Assembly: GCA_036867785.1 (NCBI GenBank)
Contig: CP145411.1
Span: 1,736,001-1,800,000 of the forward strand
Direction: 5' to 3'
Source of the DNA: Plasmodiophora brassicae
Taxonomy: Eukaryota
Length of the DNA stretch: 64,000 nucleotides
Under the pieces are notes generated by a model, which was not told where the DNA came from, ran no database searches, and saw nothing but the letters and a program-made list of their open reading frames with translations. Below are positions 1 to 10,778 of this stretch, piece by piece (the first letter of the stretch is position 1; every line of letters begins with the position of its first letter). Position numbers and translations under genes: made by a program.

Positions 1-1750
1 GTCAGGCGAATGAACCCCCGGTCGTCGAGCAGGATGTGGCCCGGTTTCAGGTCGCAGTGCATGATGCCGTACTCGTGCAGGTGCCCAACCGACAGCACGA
101 GCGATGCGGCATAGAACCTGACGACCGTCATCAGGATGCCTTTGGAGTCGTGTGTGAGCAGACGCCGATAGCCGAAATTGCCAATGACCTGCACGGGCGA
201 CCCGTCAGCATACGCAGAGTCGCGTACCGGTGAGACTCACATCAGTTAGAAGAGACCCGCCGCGGCACCACTCGAGGAACATGGAGATCATCCCCGAACG
301 TTCGTCCGTCTGGGTCAGGTACCGCACGATGAACGGGTGCGGAACCATGGCCTTATGCACGTCTGCCTCGACATTCGCATACGCGCGCATGGTGGACGGC
401 ATGATCTTCTGGACCCCCTCCGGTACGATGTGGCCGTCGTCGCCCTCAATATCCTTGACGACCTGAATCTTGCACGCCTTTGAAAATCGATGCCCGGCCG
501 GATACGGTTCGATTTCCTCGACGACGGTGTACGTCATCGTCGTCTCGTCGCCAGGTCGGAACCTGGCCGGCATCGAGCAGGAGTCGAGCGCGTGCCAGTC
601 GAACCCAGCGAACCAGGGAAAGTCCATGATCTCTTCGGCGGTACTGTTGTAATCGCGGGCGACCGGGGGCATACCCAGTCGAACTTTGGGATCGGGATTC
701 AGAAGAGCGTAGATGAGAGCAGTGGGATACGGTGGAACGTGCGCCGTCAGCGTCGTGCGCGTCGTCACACTGAAGTCCAGCGACGTGCCATCGTAGTAAT
801 CCAGCGTGTACAGCTCATACAGGACCATGCCCAGCGACCACCAGTCCACGCCAACGCCATGCATCTCCTTCTTCTCCAGCTCCGGTGCAGCAAATCCCCG
901 AGTCCCTAGGCGCCAGTCCTCCTGCACTTCCTCGACATCGCCATGGAATTGGTGGGCAAACCCCAGGTCAGCGATGACCGGGTACCCGTTGCTTCGAATC
1001 AGGATGTTGTCCGGTTTGATGTCGCGATGTGCAATATGGTGGGAGTGCAAATACTTCAAGCCAAGGATGATGCCCGCGATATAGAATTTCACAATCTCCT
1101 CGGCCGTCCCAGCTTCCACACGACGACGGAACTGCGGGTCGGAAATGGCCTGCAGGATAGCACGCGTGTAAGTTTCACACGGCGCGCGCGATGGACATTC
1201 TCGGCTGTTCCTTACTTTACCAAGGTCGCCATAGGTGGCAGCTTCCATAAGAATATACGCATTCGTGTCGTCATGGAAGGCCTTCAGCGCTTTCAATACA
1301 AATGGATTGTCCACATATAGCATCAGCTGCACTTCTTGAATGAATCCCTGTCCACAATGTCGCGTTATTGCATGTCTTTCACAATGAGGAACTCTGGCCT
1401 CGACACGAACCTTCAGCATGTATCTGTTTCGGAGTTTCTCCAATTTGATGCTCTTCAGCGCCAGGTTCTGCACTCCGTCCCTTCTCGTAGCAGGGCGCAC
1501 CAAGTCGACTTTAGTGTGCGCGTCCGCCAGGACCCGAACGAACACGAATTGATCCTCCACCGGGTCGGGCAGTTTCTGCACAGCGCCGCAGTCAGCGGCG
1601 CGCCGTCGCACAACCCAACGTCCCCCGCCCTACCCGAATGTTAGCCTTCAGCAGATGCGTCTTGACTTCCTGGATGGAATACTGCCCGGCTCCGGCGACA
1701 ATGCCGACAGCGGCAACGACGGTACACAGCACTGCCCATGGCGATGTCAT
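1..1750 (-). CDS. Secreted-type tandem AGC-like protein kinase (two kinase domains; 3' end runs off the window)
   Basis: Exon 1 (1750-1634) reads MTSPWAVLCTVVAAVGIVAGAGQY, a signal-peptide pattern. A GT-AG intron at 1633-1576 joins it in frame to ORF 205..1611, which has LALK, HRDIKPDN, DLG, GTRGFAAPE and DWWSLG. A second kinase domain follows (HPFIVRY..MFLEWCRGGSL, then RFYAASLVLSVGHLHEYGIMHCDLKPGHILLD at about 1-130). Confidence 0.85.
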
Positions 1751-2429
1751 CTCGTCGCACGCGCCGCGGCAATGACTGTGCAGCTCGGCCTCGAACCCGC
1801 GTGCGGAGATCGGGCGCCACAGTCAGCGCCAGAAATAGACACTGTCGTTGTCTGCCGCGGGCGACCGCTATTTTTTGTACGCCTCGTAAGTCGTATGGAT
1901 CTCGATGACGGCGCTAATTATAGTAACGACGTATAATGTATATACATTATTGACGTTGTGGGCCTCACCAACGTCATGCTGGAGGCCGGGAGCCAATAGG
2001 TCGGCATATGAAGCGTGTCACCGGAGGGCTTGGTCGTTGACGACGTCGGGAACCGGAGCGCGCGCGCATTGCGGATACGCCACGTCGTACGACGTACAGT
2101 AGTATCCCGCAGTCGCCGGGGCGCACTGCTCCCAGCGTCAGACTCGAAATTTGGCGAAGACAGTTCGGCAATTAAGCATTTCAGGACCTGTCGAACTCGA
2201 CGTTGTGGGGTTTGTTATTGTGCGCGACGACGCAAACTCGACAGTACGTAGCCGCCAGACTCGTTCCCAGGCCCTGGCCTGTCGGAACCGGAATTAGGAA
2301 ACGTTGGATCCTAACGGGGAGAAAGGTTCTCATGGAACCAACATCAATCCGGAAATCACTCAAACGTATGAGGTTGTGAACACATTGTATTTGGAAGAGG
2401 CCCAAGGTAGACGAACGGGCGGATAGCAA

Positions 2430-3677
2430 CTACTTTGGCCATTTAGTTGCAAGAAGCGCGAGACAACGGGCAGCGTTTAGGCTGTACAGCATTTGGTCAC
2501 CGGCCTCATCATCGGGAGCAAACTGGAAGAATCCATCCCCGTCATTGTAGACGAATTTCATACCGCGCATGTTGTTCGCTTTGCACATCCCGGAGATCGT
2601 GTTGCGCTCCTCCATGATATCGACGACGGCGGCAATGTGGTTCGCGTCGCACAGCTCGACGGATAACGGCTTGCGGAACGCACCCAGTACATGCGTCTTC
2701 ACGCGGAGGAGCATCTTCGTGTCGCACCCCTCTACTCGTTCCAAGGCCTTAACGGATTCGTCGATATAGTTGATGAAGTGCTGGCGAAGGATCTGCCCCT
2801 GGGTTCCGGGTTCGTTCTTGCGAGCTTCCAGGACCAATGCCTGCAGGTATTCCTTGGTAGGCTGCAGATCGCGGCCGTACGATTCCGGGTCGGGAAACAG
2901 GGTAGCGTCGATGGATATGCCAAAATCGTGGAGGGCCTTCTGGACTTCCAGCAGTTTCTTCGTATGGAACGGGTCATTCAGTGCGGCCTCCAGGTGGTCC
3001 TCAGGCAGGAAGGGCTTGACGTCGGAGTACAACTGAGAGCTGCCGGCACCCGCTGGCTCGAAAGATGCGAAGTTGTTGGTAAACACGACCGCAGGGTTCT
3101 CGTGCTTGCTCCGGATGTACTTCGTGAGGTTGTGCAGGAACTCGCCCTGGGCGACGTCGCTCTCCTTCCCGTTGTCGTCCCACTGCTTCGAGTTGTACCC
3201 ATGCACCAGGTGGTACCTTCCAACCTGAACGTGGTTCACGTCAGCAACTGTCGCAACGTATATCTTGGGAGTCGGCGCGATCTGGTAGATGTCGACGATA
3301 GTGGACGGCTGAAACCATCCATTGATATTGTCCACGAACGAGGGCACAGGAATTCCGTCACCAATGAAGTTCACCTCGTGAGGAACAGGCTTCTCGTTCA
3401 TGGACTCGACGCCCAAGACGAAAACCGGAGAGCATTTGACCGAAGCATCGCGCAGGAGCTCCATGCTGTTCAGAAAGTCTCGCAGGTCGCTATGAGCACG
3501 CTGAGTGTCCTTGACGCCGGTGATGACCGCAGTGACATGGTCGTAGATGCCGATGCAGCTCAAGTGGTCAATCCCCACCTTGTCATCCAACTTGACATCC
3601 GTGAAGACGACTGCCGCCCTCGGTTGCGCAGCGACAGCAACGACGGCGGCGGCGGCGAGCAGCAGGGTACGCAGCAT
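2430..3677 (-). CDS. Secreted protein, possible nucleoside-hydrolase-like fold (415 aa, intronless)
   Basis: Start MLRTLLLAAAAVVAVAAQP is a clear signal-peptide pattern. VVFTDVKLDDKVG, IYQIAPTP and ELCDANHIAAV loosely resemble IU-nucleoside hydrolase motifs. Confidence 0.6.
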   Translation of the reverse strand: MLRTLLLAAAAVVAVAAQPRAAVVFTDVKLDDKVGIDHLSCIGIYDHVTAVITGVKDTQRAHSDLRDFLNSMELLRDASVKCSPVFVLGVESMNEKPVPHEVNFIGDGIPVPSFVDNINGWFQPSTIVDIYQIAPTPKIYVATVADVNHVQVGRYHLVHGYNSKQWDDNGKESDVAQGEFLHNLTKYIRSKHENPAVVFTNNFASFEPAGAGSSQLYSDVKPFLPEDHLEAALNDPFHTKKLLEVQKALHDFGISIDATLFPDPESYGRDLQPTKEYLQALVLEARKNEPGTQGQILRQHFINYIDESVKALERVEGCDTKMLLRVKTHVLGAFRKPLSVELCDANHIAAVVDIMEERNTISGMCKANNMRGMKFVYNDGDGFFQFAPDDEAGDQMLYSLNAARCLALLATKWPK

Positions 3678-4261
3678 TGGTTCTTTGGGCACCGATAGAC
3701 TGTGCAACAACGCGTCGATTTGAGGAATGACCGCCCGCTGGCCAGCCCGGCGCAGGCCGCCCACGGACTGCGTGTGCGTCAGACTGACCGGCCAATGCGG
3801 TAGTCCGCACTGCATGTGCGCCACTGTGCCCGCCCTCCGCAGGCCGCAGTCCGTACTGCATGTGTGTCCCGCTCTCCGCAGTCGGCATCGGTGCTCTGAA
3901 GACGCGCCCACACGCAGGCCACGCACCGGAGTCTTTGCGACGTTATGGTGGCAATCCCTGTGTTCAGCCATTAAACAGGTCCGATCACTTGGCACCACTG
4001 CACTACCTATTTGTTAGATCCACCTTCGGTTCCTCATCAAATCGCTGGAGCAAATTATGTCACGAGCGCCCGTTACGACGATTGGGTGGGACAGTAACGG
4101 GATTCGTTCCAAGTCGGCCAGGGCGGGGCATTGGCGCTTCGCATCCGGCCGTCAGCGGATGTCGAGTCTGCAGAGGCGGCAGAGAGCTACCCGGCGACCA
4201 CGGAGTGCGTAAACCGGATCGTTCGCGTGTGCGGACGGCGCCAGCGCAGACTGCCGCACGT

Positions 4262-5362
4262 ATGCCGCCCAAGAAGCAGGACAAGGCCGCCGCCGCTCGA
4301 CGGCAGAAGGTCGCCGAAGACAAGACGTTCGGGCTGAAGAACAAGAACAAGAGCAAGAAGGTTCGGTCGCGATATCGTATCGTCGTGATCCGCCAGTGAC
4401 CATCGACCTGCTCAGGTCCAAGCCTATGTGCAATCAGTGACACGTAGCCAGGCGCAGGTCGCGGCCGAGAAGGCCAGCGCGGCCAAAAGGGCGGCCAAGG
4501 CGTCGCAGCAGGCACTGGAACGCGAAATGGCGCAAATGTTCAAGACGGTGCAGAAGCCGGCCAAGCAGGGCATGGATCCCAAATCCGTCCTCTGCGAATA
4601 CTTCAAACAGGGCCTCTGCCTGCGCGGCGACAAGTGCAAATTCTCGCACGACGCCAGCCAGGTCCGCAAAGTCGCCAAGCTCGACAGTACGTACTGCCGT
4701 TGTGCGTTCCCGTTCGTGTCTGACGCTCGCGATGTGCAACAGTATATCAGGACCCACGATGGATCGACGAGGAAGATAAGCGTCCGAACCGCACCGACAT
4801 TGTCTGTAAATACTTCCTGGATGCGGTCGAGGCCCGCAAGTACGGCCCATTGTGGGTGTGCCCGAATAACGGCAAGGACTGCCAGTATAACCACTGCCTG
4901 CCGCAGGGCTTCGTCCTGCAGCGCGACAAGAAGCTGATGGCGGAGCAGGAGGGCGACGACGTATCGCTCGAGGAGCAGATCGAGATCGATCGGGCCGCGC
5001 TGCTGAAGCGCAGCGACCTGACTCCTGCTACGAAGGAGTCGTTCGAGAAGTGGAAGATCGCGCAGAAGGAGAAGGCCGAAGCCGAGGTCAAGGCCAAAGT
5101 CAAGGCCGCTATGGATAAGAAGGCGATGGGTAAGATGGGGTTGGCCACCGGGCTCAGCGGTCGCGACCTGTTCACGTTCGACCCGTCGTTGTTCGTCGAC
5201 GACCTCGACGCCGCCAACGACGACGAACTCGAGATCGTTGCCGAGGAGGAGGAGGATGCTGACAGAGCAGACGCTGCCGATGACGAGAAACAGCAACTTA
5301 GCATGGTCGGCGACCCGAGCTTGTTCCTCGCGGACGACGATCTACCCGACGACGACAAATGA
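4262..5362 (+). CDS. ZC3H15: CCCH zinc finger protein ZC3H15/TMA46 (DRG family regulatory protein)
   Basis: [83 protein letters not shown]; two short GT-AG introns. Confidence 0.92.
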
Positions 5363-5782
5363 ACGTCATGTATTAACGCAACCGCCCATCGTACTGCTAC
5401 AGGGGACTTCCAGTACAGGCGTCGTTGGCACGTCCAACGAACCAGAACGCTCAGTGTGAGCTGCAACTGGAGCGAATATTCGTCACCGAGTATGAGACGC
5501 GTGGACGTGGATCCGGCAGATGGCGCCAGGGAACGGCTGGCGTGCCTAGCGCCAGGTCGCTGCAGGTTTCACATGATCGGTCGTAGGAATTCCGGGTGTC
5601 CCAACCTGCCTTTTCGATTCATGAGCGGCAGCTGCGTTGTACTGTCGTCCGGTTGTGCTGCGTTCTGGAATGCGACTCTGGCGCATGGCGTTCAGGGCGA
5701 TCCGAGCTTGGCGCTTGCCGACAACGACGGCGACGATGTCCCAGAACGATGGATGAACAGCATGTATTACACGGAACCGATG

Positions 5783-6632
5783 TCATCGCCCCACCATGCT
5801 GTAGAGAGCGATGCCGAGCGCTGTCGACACGTTCAGCGAATCAACGAAGTCGGCATCGGGTCGATGGCCACGATCCAGTTTCGCCAGCGTGTGACATTGA
5901 TCCCGGACCAACGTACGCAGCCCGGTCCCTTCATTCCCTGCACAGAACACATCAGTGCGAGCTGCAACAGAACGAACGTTCGTTACCGAGAACGAGCAGC
6001 GTGGACTTGGAGGGAGTCGGCTCCGGCAGATAACGCCAGGAAACGGCGGAAGGGTCGACGGCCAGACCGATGATATCGCAGGTGTCCCGTGATTGTCGAA
6101 GAAATTTCGGCATGGAGCGGCACTCGACAATGGGAAGGAGGTCCAGTGCACCGCAGGACGCCTTGGCGACTGTGGGCGACAATGGCGCTGAGTTCCGGGC
6201 ACAGAGAACGACGCCGGCGACGTCGAAGAAGAAACAGCTGCGAAGAATGGCGCCCAGGTTCTGCGGGTCCATGACCTGGTCGAGGGCGACCCAGACTTGG
6301 CGACCCGCCGACGGCGAGATCGAAGGCAGCGTCGGGAGCGTGACGGACTCAGCGTCGAGGACGATGCCATTCGACGGACGTTGTCTTGACATGAAGTCGA
6401 GCGTCTGACGGGACACGGCCGTGACCGGCAGATCGCGCTGCTCGGCCAGGCGCATCGCCTTGGACCGCTTCCGGTCATCGTCACGGTCGACGTCGTCCAG
6501 GACGAATAGGTGGTGAAAGGAGGAGCGTTTCGATCCGGATAGGGCAGCGAGAACAGCGTCGGCACCGTACACGTATTCCCCAAGCGCCACACGACGCACG
6601 GCAGCAGCAGCGGCAGCAGCGGCGCCCGCCAT
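5783..6632 (-). CDS. MRM1: SpoU/TrmH-family rRNA 2'-O-methyltransferase (MRM1-like)
   Basis: LDQVMDPQNLGAILRS, VAKASCGALD, LVLGNEG (across an intron), DSLNVSTALGIALY. Confidence 0.85.
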
Positions 6633-7021
6633 TTATGGCCGTCCGGTCGCGCTACCAAGCGGAGGCAGGTCTGCCTGCCAGTCCAAGTTGCTGCCGTCCC
6701 CAGAGGAATGGATAAAGCATGCGTACGCAGACAGGCCGAACAAACTGCGGCAGTGAGCTGCGGCGCGCTGGTCGTGAACTGCAGTGACCAGCGTTTGTGC
6801 CGAGGCCGGGAAAGTCCGTGACGGGGTCCCATAGGCGGTTGTGGGGCCGCGCGCGGCCGGGTATATATCCGATTTCGCCCCATGACCCGATTGGTCTCCC
6901 TTCGGGGATGTACCACCCAAAAAATTAGGAACATAACAGAGAAGATTAGCATGGCCCCTGCGCAAGGATGACACGCATCAAACTGAGGAGGTCAACACTT
7001 TTTTCGACGAACGCCGCCGCG

Positions 7022-7945
7022 ATGGATCGTCTGGGCGACCTCGACGTCGACATCTGGCGATGTGTGCACGTGTCGGCCGCGATGGTCGGCGATGCCACCG
7101 TCGCCGCGTTCCGGGCCTGGTTCGTGGATGCCGTTCCGGTGTGGGCGCATCGTCAGACGCGGGCGGTTTGGCTGCAGTTGAACAAGGCTCAGGTCGGGGT
7201 GTGCGCGTCGCCGACCCGCCCTGCTCGCCAACGCGTCGTCGTCAGATCGTGCGCGGGCTGCTGGCGTGCGCTTTGTCACACGACTTCCCGATTCCGATGG
7301 AGATGCATCACGCTCAGCAGGAGTACGTCATGCTGATCGCTGTGCTACAGTTGCCTGCGTCCATACCGCCCTACTGTACGACACATGTGGGCGCTGGAGG
7401 GTTCGTCGTCAACCGATCCGGGCAGGTTCTTGTCGTCGCCGACCGCCGACCTGACCGACCGGACAATTTCTGGAAACTCCCGGTATGGGAGCGCGGTCGC
7501 CGAACGCCATGGCGACGTTGACTGTGTGACATAGGGAGGCGTTGTGGAACACACTGAGTCCATCGCTACGGGAGTCGAGCGGGAAGTCCTGGAAGAGACG
7601 GGTGTGTCATGCAAGTTCGAGACGATCCTGATGATCCGGCACAATCTTGCGTTCCGGTTCGAACGCGGCGACCTGTACTTTATCTGCCTCTGCGTGCTGC
7701 CTCCGGATTACGACGACGCTGCGCCGTTGCAGGCGCCGTCCGACGAGATCGCGGCCTGCAGGTGGATTGACCTTGACGAGTTCCTGAACCTGAAGCATAT
7801 GCAACGCTATCTGGGCCCGTACGTCAACGTCCTGCGTGCAGCGGCCGCTGGATCCCGCATCGGCCTGTCGGTGGTAGGCGCGTCGCCTGACGCCCAGCTG
7901 TACACGCCCGTCGACAGCACCTCCTCAAGTCCAAGTGCACTGTGA
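7022..7945 (+). CDS. Nudix hydrolase (NUDT6/plant NUDT2-like)
   Basis: THVGAGGFVVN, FWKLP|GGVVEHTESIATGVEREVLEETGV (Nudix box), DLYFIC; two introns. Confidence 0.88.
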
Positions 7946-7982
7946 ACGCCCCATGCAGTTTAAACCATATTATTCGAATTGT

Positions 7983-10564
7983 TTACATGCGTATTGACGC
8001 CGACGATCCGACCCGCTTCTCGGCGACCGCCGCGTTACGGGCATCGGCAAACTGTTTCTGAATGGACAAGTAGTGTTCAACGAACCTGTCCACGGGCGGG
8101 TGCGCGTCTGCGCGAACAGCGTTCGCCATGTCGTGCGATGCACGGGACACTGGCGCGAATTCCAGCCATCCAAGTGTCGACACGCATTGCAGTCTGGTAC
8201 AAAGCCCATCATCGCGTCGAACAGGGTAAGAGAATATCACGAGTGCCGTACCTAGCTGATAACACCTTGAACGAACTGCCCTGCGACGGCAGCACCATGA
8301 GCAGCCCGTGCAGAGCCTTGACGAGGCATGCATTGCTGCGGGGCTCTAGCAGGTGCAGCCTCATGCGGATGAAGACAGGTGATTCGATCAGAACGACGAG
8401 TCGGTCAACGTCGACGAGGAACCCGACCGTGATCTGCAGGTCGGCGCTGCGGTATGCATGCGTTAATCATGTAGGCAACGTGGCTCGCGCTGAGAGGTCC
8501 TACAACAAGTTGACGATGGCGCTCGCCAGTTCGTAGAACTCGCACAGTAGGCAGAGGCTAAGCGCGGCGGCCGGGTTGTAGGACCAGGCACGAAATATCG
8601 TCTCGAAAAGGGCTACACCATCTGGCGTCTTCACACTGGTTTGTAGTTGTTGCCGGAGCGCAAAGAGATGGGACGACGTCAGGAGCAGCTCGTTGAGTAT
8701 CTGAACAATTGTACTGGTCGGTTCTGGCGTACAGCCATTCAGCGTGAGGCAAATGCAACCGCAGGTGAACGGCATACCCAGTTGTTTTCCTGGCAGAAGC
8801 CGGGCGATGGCAGTATAGACACGCTCAGCATCAAGAAGGGCGCACAGCTCCCGTATAACAAGGGTGCCCCTCGAAGTCAGCAACGAGTCGTCGTCGCAGA
8901 ACACTGTGATCAGATGCACGAACACGTTGTTGAAGTGGGCAGGATTCCGGGATACGGCCGCCAAGACGGCAAGGTCCACCTGGAGCAACGTGTTCGAAAA
9001 TGTATATCCATGCGTACGAATCGAGAAGCGTACCTGAACAACGTGGTCGGATGGATCCGAAAGCGTCTGGATCAGCGCCGGCAGCAGGTGGTCGATTGAC
9101 TTGAACAAGGCGTCCGCATGCTTCTGAAGCAGCATGTCAACCCAATTCAAGATGGGCAGCTTCGTTGAACCGCAATCCTTGTTAAGGTAAACGGTCAGCT
9201 GCCCAAGAAAGTCTTCCAATGGGTCGAACGACCCGGATCCGTTGGCGACCTGCCCATTGACTGTATGACACAGAACGTTCCCGACAGAACAACAGGCATG
9301 ATTACCTGTTTCATCATTGCTTGTGAAATCGATTCCGCTGACTTCCTGATCTGATCATTGTCCGTCTCGGCAATGCACTTGAGCAACCCGTTGATTAGGT
9401 AGGGGTACTGAGGAAACAGTCGGGATTTGCAGGCAGCGACGAAGGCGTCCACCCATTTCAAGGCCATCAGCTTAGCAACTGCAGGGGCATCCGACGAACT
9501 CTGGTCGACAAGGACGGGGAGCTGAACAGGGCAAGCGTGAACCCGACATTGTTCACAGCCAGCGCGAAACCACCGACCAGCTTTTCGATTGTGTCTGGCT
9601 GCGACGCCTTGAATTCGTTCAGAAACTCAGACAGCATCTCTTCCGCCGCAGCCACAGTGGCGGCATTGGGATCAGCAGTCATGCCGAACAGGCCCGGCAG
9701 AACACCAGGCAGGTAGCGCAGCAGGTCAATGCCGGGGATCGAATCCAGCACTTGAATCCAGCCGACATTCAGGCCACGGACGGCGCTATCCTTAACAAGA
9801 ATCCTTTCCTGCAGCATCGGCATGAACAGGCCGATATCGAAACTATGTGCAGACGCGTCATCGATGCGCGCAACGGGAATCACCATTGGAGGACGCACCT
9901 GTCTGACTCGGTTACAACGTCCTTCATCAGACGGTCGAGAAGCGACACCGCGTTGCGGACATCGGGATCGCTGTCAAGCACCAGCGTGCACAGACCGTCG
10001 TAGATCCGATTGAAATGCTTCAGGACGTGTCCGCGAGTGACCTTCGTCACGTTGTACAGCGTCTCGCAGGCGTAGTATCGGCAACGCGCCTCCTGATCCT
10101 GCATCAGCTGCAGAACGGGCGGCAGGATGTCGTCCAAGAACAAATGGCAGGTCTGCGATAAACCAATCGAGACCGCTGTTTGTGCAGACGTCAGACCACA
10201 GGGCAGCATTCGAACGACACGAACGGACCTGCCAAGCCAATCAAGCCGCCTTTGCGGAGGTTGGATTGTGTGGACGATATGAAATCGGTGTTCATAATCG
10301 CGATGATCGATTTCACCTTCGAATGCGCCGGATCGTCTCTGATGATCTGCTCGAGCTCCATCGCCGCCGATTTGCGTTTCTCATAGGACCTGTCGCTGAG
10401 TCCGCGGAGCACAGCGGATGGCACGATCCCCGGCGTGGTCGGCACCCTAACCCGATGTCAGCGCGGCATTGCTCACGATTGGGACGCGCCAGCGCCTACG
10501 GGCTCTGCACAGGGCTCTTCGATGCCGTCGTCGGCGTCGTCGTCGACATGACGAGCTCCGCCAT
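7983..10564 (-). CDS. VAC14: VAC14, HEAT-repeat scaffold of the PIKfyve/Fab1 complex (multi-exon)
   Basis: LSDRSYEKRKSAAMELE, RKGGLIGLA, RYYACETLYNVTKV, LLDRLMKDVV, RGTLVIRELCALL, FRAWSYNPAAALSLCLL. The start codon is approximate. Confidence 0.92.
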
Positions 10565-10778
10565 CGGTCCAAGCACAGCGATATTCCACCGATGGAGCGA
10601 AACTTTCGCGCGACTTTTTGGTGCCACGCGAATGCGTAGCGGTACGGTACGGTATCCATAATTAGACGCCCAGCGACAGGCCGGCACCGTGCTGTAGGAC
10701 AATCATCGGAAAATCGGCGTCGAGCGATCGACCGTTTTCGGCGAGCTGCAAACGGTCACGGGGGGGTCATTCGGCTAA

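Noticed and set aside
1925-1950. loxP-like site (CGTATAATGTAT)
   Set aside because: Only a partial match; the 13 bp inverted arms are absent.
2691-3698. Long antisense ORFs here and elsewhere (11800..12918, 22764..23996, 27843..29006, 55590..57086)
   Set aside because: Shadow frames opposite recognisable genes, expected from GC-rich codon usage.
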